Source: Octopus bimaculoides (Eukaryota). Taken from it: a stretch of DNA of 63,888 nt. The notes under the pieces are model-generated. The model worked only from the letters and a program-made list of their open reading frames with translations. It was not told where the DNA came from and ran no database searches. The position numbers and the translations under genes are program-made. Below, one piece after another: positions 39,721 to 52,740 of the stretch (the first letter of the stretch is position 1; each line of letters begins with the position of its first letter). The stretch lies in assembly GCF_001194135.2 (NCBI RefSeq), contig NC_068998.1, forward strand, positions 4,688,420 through 4,752,307. Direction: 5' to 3'.

Positions 39721-41707
39721 CAACAATTAAAACTATCACCACCACCAACAACAACATCGACACTACGACCACCACTACCACCACATCACCATCGCCACCA
39801 CCATCAACACTACCATCACCACCACCACCACCACCACCACCGCCGCTAACAACGCCACCACCGCCACCTTTTCGCCACTTTCAACACCATCACCAACAAC
39901 AACAGTACCATCGCCACTTCCACCACCGCTACGACCACAACCACCACCAGCACACCCCTACCACCACCNNNNNNNNNNNNNNNNNNNNNNNNNNNNNNNN
40001 NNNNNNNNNNNNNNNNNNNNNNNNNNNNNNNNNNNNNNNNNNNNNNNNNNNNNNNNNNNNNNNNNNNNNNNNNNNNNNNNNNNNNNNNNNNNNNNNNNNN
40101 NNNNNNNNNNNNNNNNNNNNNNNNNNNNNNNNNNNNNNNNNNNNNNNNNNNNNNNNNNNNNNNNNNNNNNNNNNNNNNNNNNNNNNNNNNNNNNNNNNNN
40201 NNNNNNNNNNNNNNNNNNNNNNNNNNAGCCAATAACATACATATACAAATGCGTCTATACAAACTTTCATTCGCTGATATTTAATCAAGATGAAACCAGT
40301 TTCTTAGTCAAGTTGACAGGTAAATAGCAAGGCAAGAACGACTGAATTAAAACCTTAATCTTTTAAAAATTTTCGTCAAGGTTTCTTCTCCTTCCCTCTC
40401 CACCAACCCCGCTTCCCGATATGTTGTTAGTATTTAAAAACGAATACGATTATAACGCTAAGTAAACTTGACTTCTTGTTCATCAACTTAACATTTTGAT
40501 AGATTAAAATGTTCGGGCTTTTCATTTTCAGCTTTCTTTTTTACTTTTATGTTTCCTGTTTTTTTTTGTTTTTTTTTTTCTAATTTCAGACGGTTTTGCC
40601 AAAAGCAAGCATTGACACACATGCATTTAAATAGATTTTAAATTAAGCAAAACATGGTTCAGTCAACGAGATTTTTCGACTAATTTCTCTCTTTCTTAAA
40701 CAATATCCCCTGGGTAAGGGATTGAACTGCATCCGGTGGCAAGGATACAGTTCGGAAGCCCTTGAGATCTTAAGGAGTAACAAGATACATTTGATTCATC
40801 AATAGCTCCAGGTCCGCTTTGTTCCGGAGCTGTAGCACCTGTCATGGTGCCCCAGTTATTACATATATGTTATTTTACTCTTTTACTTGTTTGTTCGACT
40901 AAAACCTTTTCAAGACAGTGCTCCAGCAGGGCCATATATATATATATAGACATGTGTTGATTAGCACCCATCAGGATCACTAGCGAGTCTTCTAGCTTGT
41001 CGTGAAAACAATAACAGTTTCTCTCAAAGGCGCAGCGTGGCTCTGTGGTAAGAAGCCTGCTTACCGACCACATAGTTCCAAGTTCAGTTACACTGCGTGG
41101 CATTTTGGGCAACTGTTTTCTGTTATACCCTCCAGACCAAACACTTGTGAGTGGAATTGGTAGACGGAAAATTAAAAGAAGCCTGTCGGGATTTGAACTC
41201 GGAATTTAAAGAAGAAGAAGAAGAACAACAACAACAAAAGGGGAGGTTGGAGGAGAAGAAGAAGAAGAAGAAGAAAATTGTATGGGAAAGAAAAAAAAAA
41301 GAAGGCAAGTAGAGTCGGGAAGGGTAAAAAAAAGTAACCGGAAAAGCTCGAAAGCGTCGCACTTGAATTGATTTGAGTAATTTTCGGACAATGACGAGTT
41401 ATTAATCAGCCCCAAAATGCGGAAATAGCTGAGTGGCAAATTGTTCTGTTTGAATGCATTGAAGAGTTTTGTCTTGTGAGAATAAGATTCCTAGAAATCA
41501 TTTTCCTGATTAATATAACATTCCGCCATCATTGTCATTTGATTTTTTTTACCTCATCGCCGTCGTCGTCGTCTTCATCATCATTGCTCTTCTCTCCCTC
41601 TCTCTCTCTCTCTCTCTCTTTCTATCTCTCTCTCTCTCCCTCTCTCTCTGTCTCTCGTGCACCTGCGTTTCTGAGTGCGTTTGTCTGTGGGTATAACATA
41701 CATACGT

Positions 41708-41965
41708 GGAGGCGCGTGGCTTAGTGGTTAGGGTATCAGCATCATGATCGTAAGATTGTGGTTTCGATTCCTGAACAGGGCGACGCGTTGTGTTCTTGAG
41801 CAAAACACTTCATTTCACGTTGCTCCAGTCCACTCAGCTGGCAAAAAATGAGTAACGCTGCGATGGACTGGCGTCCCGTCCAGCTGGGGAACACATACGC
41901 CATTGAAACCGGGAAACCGGGCCCATGAGCCTGGCTAGGCTTTAAAAGGGCGCATTTATTTTTCA
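41708..41965 (+). mobile_element. tRNA-derived SINE family C (CORE-like central domain)
   Basis: ggaggcgcgtggcttagtggttagg...ggtttcgattcc...ttgagcaaaacacttcatttcacgttgctccagtccactcagctgg. Related copies at 62014-62340(+), 10500-10723(-), 42160-42310(+), and tails at 55520-55690(-) and 8790-8890(+). Confidence 0.8.
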
Positions 41966-42411
41966 TTTATAACATACACATGACTTTTATCTGTTACTTT
42001 CCACTTGTTTCAGCCTTAAAAAGCTTTTAGTCGAATGAATCGACTCCATAGGTCTGTTTTTTTTTCTTTTTAAACCAGGTACTTATTTTATCGGTCTCTT
42101 TTACCGGACCGCTTGCTTACGGGGACGTAAACGCACCAACACCGGTTGTGGGGAACAAAAGCTGTTGTTGAGCAAAACACTTCATTTCCCGTTGCTGCAG
42201 GCCACTCAACTGACAAAAATGGCCTGTGCTGCAGCGGACTGACGTCCTGTGCAGTGGATAAATATATGCGCCACAGAACCCGGGAAACCGGCCTTAAGAG
42301 CCTGTGCCACGAGAAGGGCCTTTGATCCGTATATATATATGCAAATATGAATGGATGGATGGGTGGATATATACCTGTGGGTGTTGACGTGTGCGCACAC
42401 GTGTATGTATA

Positions 42412-42633
42412 CAGTGTCCTAAAATTACCATTACAATTTGAAAAATTAATACACACACACACACAAAATAAGGTTACCTCAGCAGAACTTATTGGAAAAC
42501 GTAGGCAAACAAATAGTTTTAGCAGAAAACACTTCCACGTACACTCCATTGGTCACACGCAACTTGCTGAGTTATCGTTTTTCATTTTGTACCCGAATTT
42601 TTCAAATTGTAAAGTTAATTTATGGACACCCTG
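42412..42633. mobile_element. Tc1/mariner-type MITE (about 220 bp)
   Basis: TIRs of about 37 bp: CAGTGTCCTAAAATTACCATTACAATTTGAAAAATT ... AATTTTTCAAATTGTAAAGTTAATTTATGGACACCCTG. TA on the left flank; no ORF. Confidence 0.75.
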
Positions 42634-44197
42634 AATATATGAATATATCACTGTGTGCGTTCGTTTTTGAATTTATCAACAACATTGCTATCACTAAATG
42701 AGGATACAATATTGACTTAAAAAACATTCAATGTTCTTGGTGGTATACTATGTTGCCAAAGGAAATACTGCGTCCCTATCAGCAATTAATCTATGTGTGC
42801 GTTGAGAATCTTTTCAACTTTAGGCACAAGACCTAAAAGTTTTGGGAAGGGGGTCAATCGATTAGATTGACCCCGGTGCGTAACTGGTACTTAATATATC
42901 GATCCCGAAAGGATGAAAGCCAAAGTCGACCTCGGCGGAATTTAAACTCAGATCGTAAAGACAAGCGAAATACCGCGATGCATTTCACCCGGCATGCCAG
43001 ATCGACGCCTTTTTACCATAGTTAATCATTCCATCAATAACGCTAGCTAAAATGGAAAACTTCACAATCGTTGGTCCGAGTTTTTGAAAATATTTAAGTC
43101 AATTAATCTTTCTTCTATTTTTTACTTTTTATCTTTTACTTGTTTCGGTCATTAGAGTGCAGCCGTTATGTTGGGGGATGGGTTTGTCTTGAAGATATGC
43201 CGCTAAGCATTTTCCCGTAGGTTTTCGGATTGTAAAAACTAGAAAGAAATATAATGAGTAAAAGAAAAAAATGAATAATGAAGAGGCGGGAAATATTTAT
43301 ATATTGATTAAGGTAGAAAATAGGTGATCGTTGTTTAAATATTTAAATTCATTAAAGTATAGCTTAGTTGATATGTGCAGACGATATGTCTCTCAAATTT
43401 CTGTTCTCCAACCAGTGTTAACCCTTTGAACTTGCGAGGATGCATTTGCGATCGGGTTTCAAATTATTTCTGGAAGTTGCGAGAGCGACGGCAACATGTC
43501 TTCTTGTTAACGATTCGTTAATTGTTTGTAACCACGTGAAATGCGACGATGCAAATTCACAAGCTTTACTAATAAATAAAAAAAACTGCCGTAACGGTGA
43601 TTCGACACTCCCACCGATAGATATTCGTTCAGACACAACGAACGACCCACAACTGTTTCACGTGGTCGATTAATCTGGATATGACTGTGAGGCCAGATAC
43701 TCTAACCATTGAGTCATACACCTTCTCCTATATGTACGTATATATTGATATCTATATATACATACCTATAAAACATTAAGTTAGGAAATAAGAGAGATGA
43801 ATATATATTTAGTTAATTATATAGCTTCCATAGGATTGCGGTCATTTCGCAGCATTCCTCATGTATTATTAATGTAATTTTATTATGCAAGAAATTATGT
43901 GTATGTCTGCATTAGTACGTATGCTCAGCGATACAGAATACAATTCGCTGCTCGTAAATCAATATCTTATCTGCATACATTATGTGAATATACTTGAATG
44001 TATATATACATACATACATATATATAAATACATACGCAAATATGTACACATATATATATGAATATAAACAGCTATCTATCTAAATAATTATGTGTATGTA
44101 TATATGTATATATGTATATATATATATGTATATATATATGTATATATATATACTTATGCCTGCATATCATATATGCATATATGTGTATATATATGCA

Positions 44198-44247
<50 letters not shown>

Positions 44248-45877
44248 NNNNNNNNNNNNNNNNNNNNNNNNNNNNNNNNNNNNNNNNNNNNNNNNNNNNN
44301 NNNNNNNNNNNNNNNNNNNNNNNNNNNNNNNNNNNNNNNNNNNNNNNNNNNNNNNNNNNNNNNNNNNNNNNNNNNNNNNNNNNNNNNNNNNNNNNNNNNN
44401 NNNNNNNNNNNNNNNNNNNNNNNNNNNNNNNNNNNNNNNNNNNNNNNNNNNNNNNNNNNNNNNNNNNNNNNNNNNNNNNNNNNNNNNNNNNNNNNNNNNN
44501 NNNNNNNNNNNNNNNNNNNNNNNNNNNNNNNNNNNNNNNNNNNNNNNNNNNNNNNNNNNNNNNNNNNNNNNNNNNNNNNNNNNNNNNNNNNNNNNNNNNN
44601 NNNNNNNNNNNNNNNNNNNNNNNNNNNNNNNNNNNNNNNNNNNNNNNNNNNNNNNNNNNNNNNNNNNNNNNNNNNNNNNNNNNNNNNNNNNNNNNNNNNN
44701 NNNNNNNNNNNNNNNNNNNNNNNNNNNNNNNNNNNNNNNNNNNNNNNNNNNNNNNNNNNNNNNNNNNNNNNNNNNNNNNNNNNNNNNNNNNNNNNNNNNN
44801 NNNNNNNNNNNNNNNNNNNNNNNNNNNNNNNNNNNNNNNNNNNNNNNNNNNNNNNNTCTCTCTCTATTTATCTATCTATCTATCTATCTATTTATGTACC
44901 TACCTACCTACCTACCTACCTACCTACCTACCTACCTACCTACCTATCTATCTATCTATCTATCTTTCTATCTATCTATCTATGTGTTTTTTATCCTCAA
45001 CTGTGTCATATATTTGTTTGTTTTTGTCTGTTTTCTTTCTGCTTTCTTCTTTGTGTTCCATGGACTCAGTATACATAACAGGCATAACAGACATTGGAAG
45101 AGTGAGAGGGAGAGGGAGAGGGAGAGGGAGAGAGGGAGAAAGAGAGGAGGATGTGACAAAGAAAAAGGGTGAGAGGAAGAGAGAACTAGAGGCAGAGGAA
45201 GATAATGGGGGAAGGAAGACAGTGGGGAGAGAGAGAGAGAGAGATAGAGTGAAAGATAGATTGAGTGATATGGAGCAAAAAAGAAGCAACGAAAAGCACA
45301 TAGATATATGCACAGAAAATGCATAAAGAATAAAGAGCGAGAGGAGAGGAAAAAGAAAACGAATTGAATTAGAGAGCGATAGACCGACATAGTAAGAGAT
45401 AGAATGTGAGAGAAAGGAAGAGAGAGAAGGGGAGAAATTGAGAAAGGCGAACGAGATCATTGGGTACAACTTAACCATTCGGTAAATAGAGAGGTGTCGA
45501 CACACCCGTCCCACCAGGTACGCAAATTTGAACTGTGTGGTCGCAAGTACACATACACACAAACAAACAAACACATACAGCCTCACGCACATTCACACAC
45601 ACTCACACACACAGACACAAACACGCGCACATATACGTATATATATATATATGTGTGTATATATTCAGTTTCAGAAGATTCTAAATATGAATCTATGTGT
45701 TGAAACCGATATTGCTTGGTTGCATTTTGGGAGGTCACTCTGCCAATACATTAGAAATACACGGCATGCATTTTTGACTGTATTTAACAATTTGTCAAAA
45801 ATATTTCGTTTACACGTCTGTAACATTTGCAATGGGTTTCCAAGAGTCCCATTTTTGTTTTCGTAAATCTACATCCC

Positions 45878-45913
<36 letters not shown>

Positions 45914-46869
45914 NNNNNNNNNNNNNNNNNNNNNNNNNNNNNNNNNNNNNNNNNNNNNNNNNNNNNNNNNNNNNNNNNNNNNNNNNNNNNNNNNNNNNNN
46001 NNNNNNNNNNNNNNNNNNNNNNNNNNNNNNNNNNNNNNNNNNNNNNNNNNNNNNNNNNNNNNNNNNNNNNNNNNNNNNNNNNNNNNNNNNNNNNNNNNNN
46101 NNNNNNNNNNNNNNNNNNNNNNNNNNNNNNNNNNNNNNNNNNNNNNNNNNNNNNNNNNNNNNNNNNNNNNNNNNNNNNNNNNNNNNNNNNNNNNNNNNNN
46201 NNNNNNNNNNNNNNNNNNNNNNNNNNNNNNNNNNNNNNNNNNNNNNNNNNNNNNNNNNNNNNNNNNNNNNNNNNNNNNNNNNNNNNNNNNNNNNNNNNNN
46301 NNNNNNNNNNNNNNNNNNNNNNNNNNNNNNNNNNNNNNNNNNNNNNNNNNNNNNNNNNNNNNNNNNNNNNNNNNNNNNNNNNNNNNNNNNNNNNNNNNNN
46401 NNNNNNNNNNNNNNNNNNNNNNNNNNNNNNNNNNNNNNNNNATATATATATATATATACATATGTGAATGTTAGAAACGAAGAGTAAAATAAAGACACTA
46501 CATATGTTTCAAAACTAAACTTTATGTCTTACATAACTCGTAACATATGTAGAAACTATTTAACTAATCACATCGTTGCAAGACGACTGAATCTTTAAAT
46601 CTGGTACATGAATATCCTTGAACGACAATTTAACCATATTTTCTCCATTCCGAAATCTTGTATAGCGTTAGCCTACACAAGTGCAAGAGCTAAATAGTTA
46701 TAGGATAGTGCGATCCGAAAAGATCCTGGTACAGGAAGTTAGTTAGCATCAAGCGTATACAGCTTGCAGAGATGAAAAAGAGTGGCGTACGCTTTAGAGC
46801 GGCGGACGAGGTCCGTTGTGTTATTTCTTCCGGGTCGTTTCGTTCTCTGTTCAAACCGTCTCCTGGTTT

Positions 46870-47285
46870 ATCACCACCACAATAACAACCATTACCACTT
46901 CAACTACCACCAGCACCAACACCACTGCCACCACTCCACCATCACTCCACCACCGCCATAACTACTACTAACACCACTACCACCGATTGTGCTTTCAGGG
47001 AAGGAGTTCATTTTGTTGCAAGCATTCGAGCCAGTCCCCTGCTTTGGTGATACTTTGGTGTAATTGTGATGATGATGATGATGATGGTAGTGGTGGTGGT
47101 GGTGATGGTGGTCGACGTCGTCGTGGCGGTGGTGATGGCGGTGAAGGTGGTGATGATTTTGGTGTTGGTGATGGTTGTGGTAGTAACAGCGGTGGTGGTA
47201 GTGACGATGGTGGTGTTGGTGGTGGTTGTGGTAGTGGTGGTGGTGGTAGTGGTGACGGTTGCAGTGGTGGTGGTGGTGGTGGGTG
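46870..47285. repeat. (ACC)n followed by (GGT/GAT)n degenerate trinucleotide arrays
   Basis: Directly visible. Confidence 0.9.
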
Positions 47286-48140
47286 TTAAACTGGGTGGTA
47301 GAGTATGTCTGCCACTCAAGAAAATGCGCAGTTTGACGATCTTCCTTCTGTATAGTTTCCGTCTGCAACCCGATTTCACACACAAAGCTTTGGGTCTTAG
47401 AGTACACTCGGGGGTTTTATAGTACGGTCGTGTTCTTAGTACACTTGGGGAATATATTCAAGTGTACTCGACATAAAAAATATATTTTTTATGTATTTAA
47501 GCACAAAACAAAGTTTAAAGAAATACAAAAAAAAAAGAACAAAAAGAAATACCAACAAAAATAAAATGTTGAATTGTTCGAAGTGAAAAAATCAACTGAG
47601 CCGTGATATGCTACAGGTAAAAATATTATGGATCCTCGTTCGGTCTCGACGATGAGCAATAAGTTGTTAGATCAATGAATACTTTCTTGTGGAATTAATG
47701 TGTGAGCGGTAACATTGTATATGTTACTGGAATGTTTTGTGGTGTTAACGCAATTTTCAGGTTAATGACCATGATAAAAAGTGGAGAAGGGGAATGGGAA
47801 TGTCTTAAGTACTGTTAAACTCCAGGAAGACAGGTAAGGAGAGAGAAAGAGTGGTGTAGCTACAGTGTGTGCCGTCCGGGGTAGCCTGTTAAAAATACTG
47901 TCCGGTGTAGACCGATCCCGTTGTCTTCTACTAGCTATTCCATTGGGGAGCGAGTGGCACAGGGAAGCGTTCCCCGTTATAGGTGAGGTATTATTAGTAA
48001 ACCGGAAAGAATTGAAGGAAAACCTGACCTCAGCAGGACTTAAACCCAGTAAGTTGTAATGAATGCCACAAAATTACTCTCTCCAACGCTCTAACGAATC
48101 CATCACTACACCTAGTTGACGTAATGCCGACGCTAAGCAG

Positions 48141-48669
48141 CTGTCATTGTGGAACCCATAACAGGGTGAAATCACGTGACACAGTAGTTCTGACGGCTGT
48201 AGCAGTCGATTCTCGTCTATGATTACGTGTGCTTTTATGTTCCACGAATCCTTATGCAAGAGTCTCTCGAGTATTCTTTGTTCTAACACAACCTCCACAT
48301 CAAGCTGAAGATCAAGATTACCTTTTGACATTCATACTACTTCCGTCGCTATTAATTAGCTTTCAGTAAGCCCACTGGCTAGTTACAAAACCAGTGCCTG
48401 AATAGACACTGATATTCTATATATCGTTGACGGGATATTCGGCTGTTAAACAGCGAATAGATGCCTGTCACTGATGAACTCATAGCAGGGTGAAAGTTTG
48501 TGATCTGGCGAATCCGACGGCCGTAGCAGGCGATTCTCATGTTTTAACGATATAATTATGAGTGCTTTTATGTGCCACGAGTCCTTGTGAGAGTTTCTCT
48601 TCAGGTAAATAACGAGTATTTGGGGTTTCAACACAACGTCCATGTTAAGATGGGGATCAAGATCACCTT
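48141..48669. repeat. Diverged direct duplication (48141-48324 and 48465-48669)
   Basis: Colinear blocks cagggtgaaa, gacggc-gtagcag-cgattctc, gtgcttttatgt-ccacga-tcctt, aacacaac and gatcaagat-acctt. Confidence 0.85.
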
Positions 48670-48952
48670 ATAAATATTAAACGGTTATATTAGAGCATGA
48701 TGTCTCAAAGTGACGCATGAAGAAATGCTGGCTGTTGTTATTGGTATTTAGCTCAAGGTTAATCATGATCATGTAGGCCTGCAATCCAGCCGTGACGTTC
48801 TGTACTATTACTGATACCAAGAACGACTTTATTTCACAAACAAACGCGCACACAAGCACACACACATACACACACACATCGGTATGTGGATGCATAATCA
48901 CACACACACTTACACGTACTGATATATATATATATACATTTGCGCGAGTGTA

Positions 48953-48986
<34 letters not shown>

Positions 48987-49400
48987 CACATACATATGTA
49001 TACTTACCTCCGAAGTCGTTAAATAAACACCAGCCCAAAGCCCTAATATTAGAAATATTACTAGAGCAATCTTAAACCGACTTATAGCTGTAATTTCAAT
49101 ATAAAAGCTTTATAAAATATGCATACATATGTCCAGATTTGGCCAAATGCATTTCTTTTCAATATTTATTTTTGCTTGCACATCACATACGAACACACAC
49201 ATGCACACAGACACACACACGCACACACGCACCTACATATACATATACACACATACACTCAGAGTCAATGCCACTTTTGAATTTATCGAACATACTCTCC
49301 CCCGTTGAATCAGGTCAAGTAAGTTCAAAATCTCAGTCTTTAAGCAAGCAATATATGTAAGCTAAGCGAGCTCTCTACAGCATACTTAAAACATGCGAAG

Positions 49401-49492
<92 letters not shown>

Positions 49493-49740
49493 CCTATGTG
49501 CTAGTGAATTCATTTCAATTGAAAAGGACATTGTTAATATCAGCATACACATATAGTCGGGCACATGTGTATACTCAAACATACACACATGCATACATAT
49601 ACATTAGGCATGGATCTCTCTAGCCTGTCTATCTCCCCCCTCTCGCTCTCCATCTCTCTCCCCTCTCTCTCTCTCTCTCCCTCTCTCTATCTCTATCTGC
49701 CTGTATATATTTATATATATATATATGTGTATGCCTACCT

Positions 49741-49810
<70 letters not shown>

Positions 49811-50164
49811 GTCTATGCATCATTTGTAACTCTATGAGTGTGTGTATGTATGTGTGTGTATATATACATCTATACATATAAATTTGACGTGGGCGATTCT
49901 TTCTTGTTTTGGGATTCATGGTCAAACGGCTGGGTGGAATTACGCGAAAAATTACACAGAGATGTAGAATGATCTGGTGGTGTTGCTGGGCTTTGTATTT
50001 TTTCATAGCTCCCATGGTTACCGGCATAATCTACTATAATAATACTCTTGTGTTTATGAACGAGAAAGGAAGGGGCGATGGATGAATAAGGATGGCAGGG
50101 ATAATGTCATACTTAGTAGTGGGATGATGAAAATTGTGCGCTGAAAAAAAAAATCAAATAGGGA

Positions 50165-50390
50165 TTTGAAATTCTCTGATAGCTATTACTGACCTCTGCT
50201 TGTGTGGCATGGTGCATAGTCCTGTTGCCAGACAAGGTCATCCAGCAGCCACTCTCTTGACCCAGGGCAGCACTACCTCCCCCAGGCACTTGATGTAGGC
50301 CTCCATGTTGAATGTGAGGCCGTGTGGGAAGATGAATGGTGGCATAACGTCGCCATCCAAACACCATGTTAACTGGATGTTTGAATTTTA
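50165..50390 (-). mobile_element. Degenerate Tc1/mariner-superfamily transposase fragment
   Basis: Frame-corrected minus-strand reading: KFKHPVNMVFG..DGDVMPPFIFPHGLTFNMEAYIKCL/EVVLPWVKRVAAG*P/VWQQDYAPCHTS..LSENF. This contains the QQD-x-A-P-x-H catalytic motif; frameshifts and stops are present. Confidence 0.85.
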
Positions 50391-51484
50391 TTACTCTCAG
50401 TACGTTTTCGTGGTNNNNNNNNNNNNNNNNNNNNNNNNNNNNNNNNNNNNNNNNNNNNNNNNNNNNNNNNNNNNNNNNNNNNNNNNNNNNNNNNNNNNNN
50501 NNNNNNNNNNNNNNNNNNNNNNNNNNNNNNNNNNNNNNNNNNNNNNNNNNNNNNNNNNNNNNNNNNNNNNNNNNNNNNNNNNNNNNNNNNNNNNNNNNNN
50601 NNNNNNNNNNNNNNNNNNNNNNNNNNNNNNNNNNNNNNNNNNNNNNNNNNNNNNNNNNNNNNNNNNNNNNNNNNNNNNNNNNNNNNNNNNNNNNNNNNNN
50701 NNNNNNNNNNNNNNNNNNNNNNNNNNNNNNNNNNNNNNNNNNNNNNNNNNNNNNNNNNNNNNNNNNNNNNNNNNNNNNNNNNNNNNNNNNNNNNNNNNNN
50801 NNNNNNNNNNNNNNNNNNNNNNNGTTGGTGGTGGTGGTGGTGTTGGTGGTGGTGTTGGTGTTGGTGGTGGTGGTGGTGGTAGTGGTGGTGCTAGTAGTTA
50901 AATCGCCTTCATTCTCCTGGTCATCGGATCGAGGTAAGGCGGGGCTGTTTCTGATTACAGGTTGTATACGTTGGCGCTCCGTAGGCGGTGTGGGTCGGGT
51001 GGGGTTGCGCTACAGACGGGTGTTTATCGCCATCTTAATCTCATCACATACAACAGACACGCACACACATACACACACGCGCACACAATCTCACTCACGC
51101 AGGCACTCAGCGCACATTCACATATACACACACGAATAACTTTAAACATTACTACGTCGGATTCTACACAACTGTACATACATGCATACATACATGCACA
51201 CATACATACATACATGCATACCCACATGCACACATACATACATACATACATACATACATGCATACGTGCGTACGTACGTACGTTCGTACATGCATGCATA
51301 CATACAAATGTGTGTATGTGACAAATACACACGCAGACACACATACGCACACACATGTACATAGCTATTTATCTATGTATTTATGTACGCATCTATACAT
51401 ATACAAACACATACGTACGTTTATAGACGCATGCACACACGTAAATAAATATACCTTTCTATATATATATATATATATATATAT

Positions 51485-52421
51485 NNNNNNNNNNNNNNNN
51501 NNNNNNNNNNNNNNNNNNNNNNNNNNNNNNNNNNNNNNNNNNNNNNNNNNNNNNNNNNNNNNNNNNNNNNNNNNNNNNNNNNNNNNNNNNNNNNNNNNNN
51601 NNNNNNNNNNNNNNNNNNNNNNNNNNNNNNNNNNNNNNNNNNNNNNNNNNNNNNNNNNNNNNNNNNNNNNNNNNNNNNNNNNNNNNNNNNNNNNNNNNNN
51701 NNNNNNNNNNNNNNNNNNNNNNNNNNNNNNNNNNNNNNNNNNNNNNNNNNNNNNNNNNNNNNNNNNNNNNNNNNNNNNNNNNNNNNNNNNNNNNNNNNNN
51801 NNNNNNNNNNNNNNNNNNNNNNNNNNNNNNNNNNNNNNNNNNNNNNNNNNNNNNNNNNNNNNNNNNNNNNNNNNNNNNNNNNNNNNNNNNNNNNNNNNNN
51901 NNNNNNNNNNNNNNNNNNNNNNNNNNNNNNNNNNNNNNNNNNNNNNNNNNNNNNNNNNNNNNNNNNNNNNNNNNNNNNNNNNNNNNNNNNNNNNNNNNNN
52001 NNNNNNNNNNNNNNNNNNNNNNNNNNNNNNNNNNNNNNNNNNNNNNNNNNNNNNNNNNNNNNNNNNNNNNNNNNNNNNNNNNNNNNNNNNNNNNNNNNNN
52101 NNNNNNNNNNNNNNNNNNNNNNNNNNNNNNNNNNNNNNNNNNNNNNNNNNNNNNNNNNNNNNNNNNNNNNNNNNNNNNNNNNNNNNNNNNNNNNNNNNNN
52201 NNNNNNNNNNNNNNNNNNNNNNNNNNNNNNNNNNNNNNNNNNNNNNNNNNNNNNNNNNNNNNNNNNNNNNNNNNNNNNNNNNNNNNNNNNNNNNNNNNNN
52301 NNNNNNNNNNNNNNNNNNNNNNNNNNNNNNNNNNNNNNNNNNNNNNNNNNNNNNNNNNNNNNNNNNNNNNNNNNNNNNNNNNNNNNNNNNNNNNNNNNNN
52401 NNNNNNNNNNNNNNNNNNNNN
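51485..52421. other. Largest of about 30 assembly gaps; most gaps abut (TA)n or other microsatellites
   Basis: Runs of N flanked by simple repeats, typical of short-read scaffolding; small exons could be hidden in the gaps. Confidence 0.95.
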
Positions 52422-52464
52422 TATATATATATATATCGGAATTTAAGTATACATATATGTATAC

Positions 52465-52740
52465 AGGAGTGGCTGTGTGGTAACAAGCTTGCTTCCCAAA
52501 ACAACATGGTTCCGGGTTCAGTCCCACTGCGTGGCACCTTAGGCAGGTGTCTTCTACCATAGCCTTGTCCAACCAAGCCTTGGAAATGGATTTGGTAGAC
52601 GGAAACTGAAAGAAGTCCATCGCTTGACAACCGATGTTGGAGTGTTTACCTCCCCGTAACATAGCGGTTCGGTAAAACCGATGGAATAAATACTAGGCTT
52701 ACAAAGAATTAGTCCTGAGGTCGATTTGCTCGACAAAAAA
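52465..52740 (+). mobile_element. SINE family B copy lacking the internal microsatellite
   Basis: caggagtggctgtgtggtaacaagcttgc...gggttcagtcccactgcgtggcacc...gtcgatttgctcgac. Confidence 0.8.

Noticed and set aside
40590-40713. Strong acceptor (ttttctaatttcag|) and donor (TGG|gtaagg)
   Set aside because: Stops occur in all three frames and the donor lies in a repeat; at most a non-coding exon.
41708-41780. tRNA-like heads with A/B boxes
   Set aside because: They continue into SINE bodies and lack a complete cloverleaf, so they are not tRNA genes.
43418-43440. TTAACCCT piggyBac-like end (and AAGGGTTAA at 8769)
   Set aside because: No partner TIR nearby and no transposase sequence.
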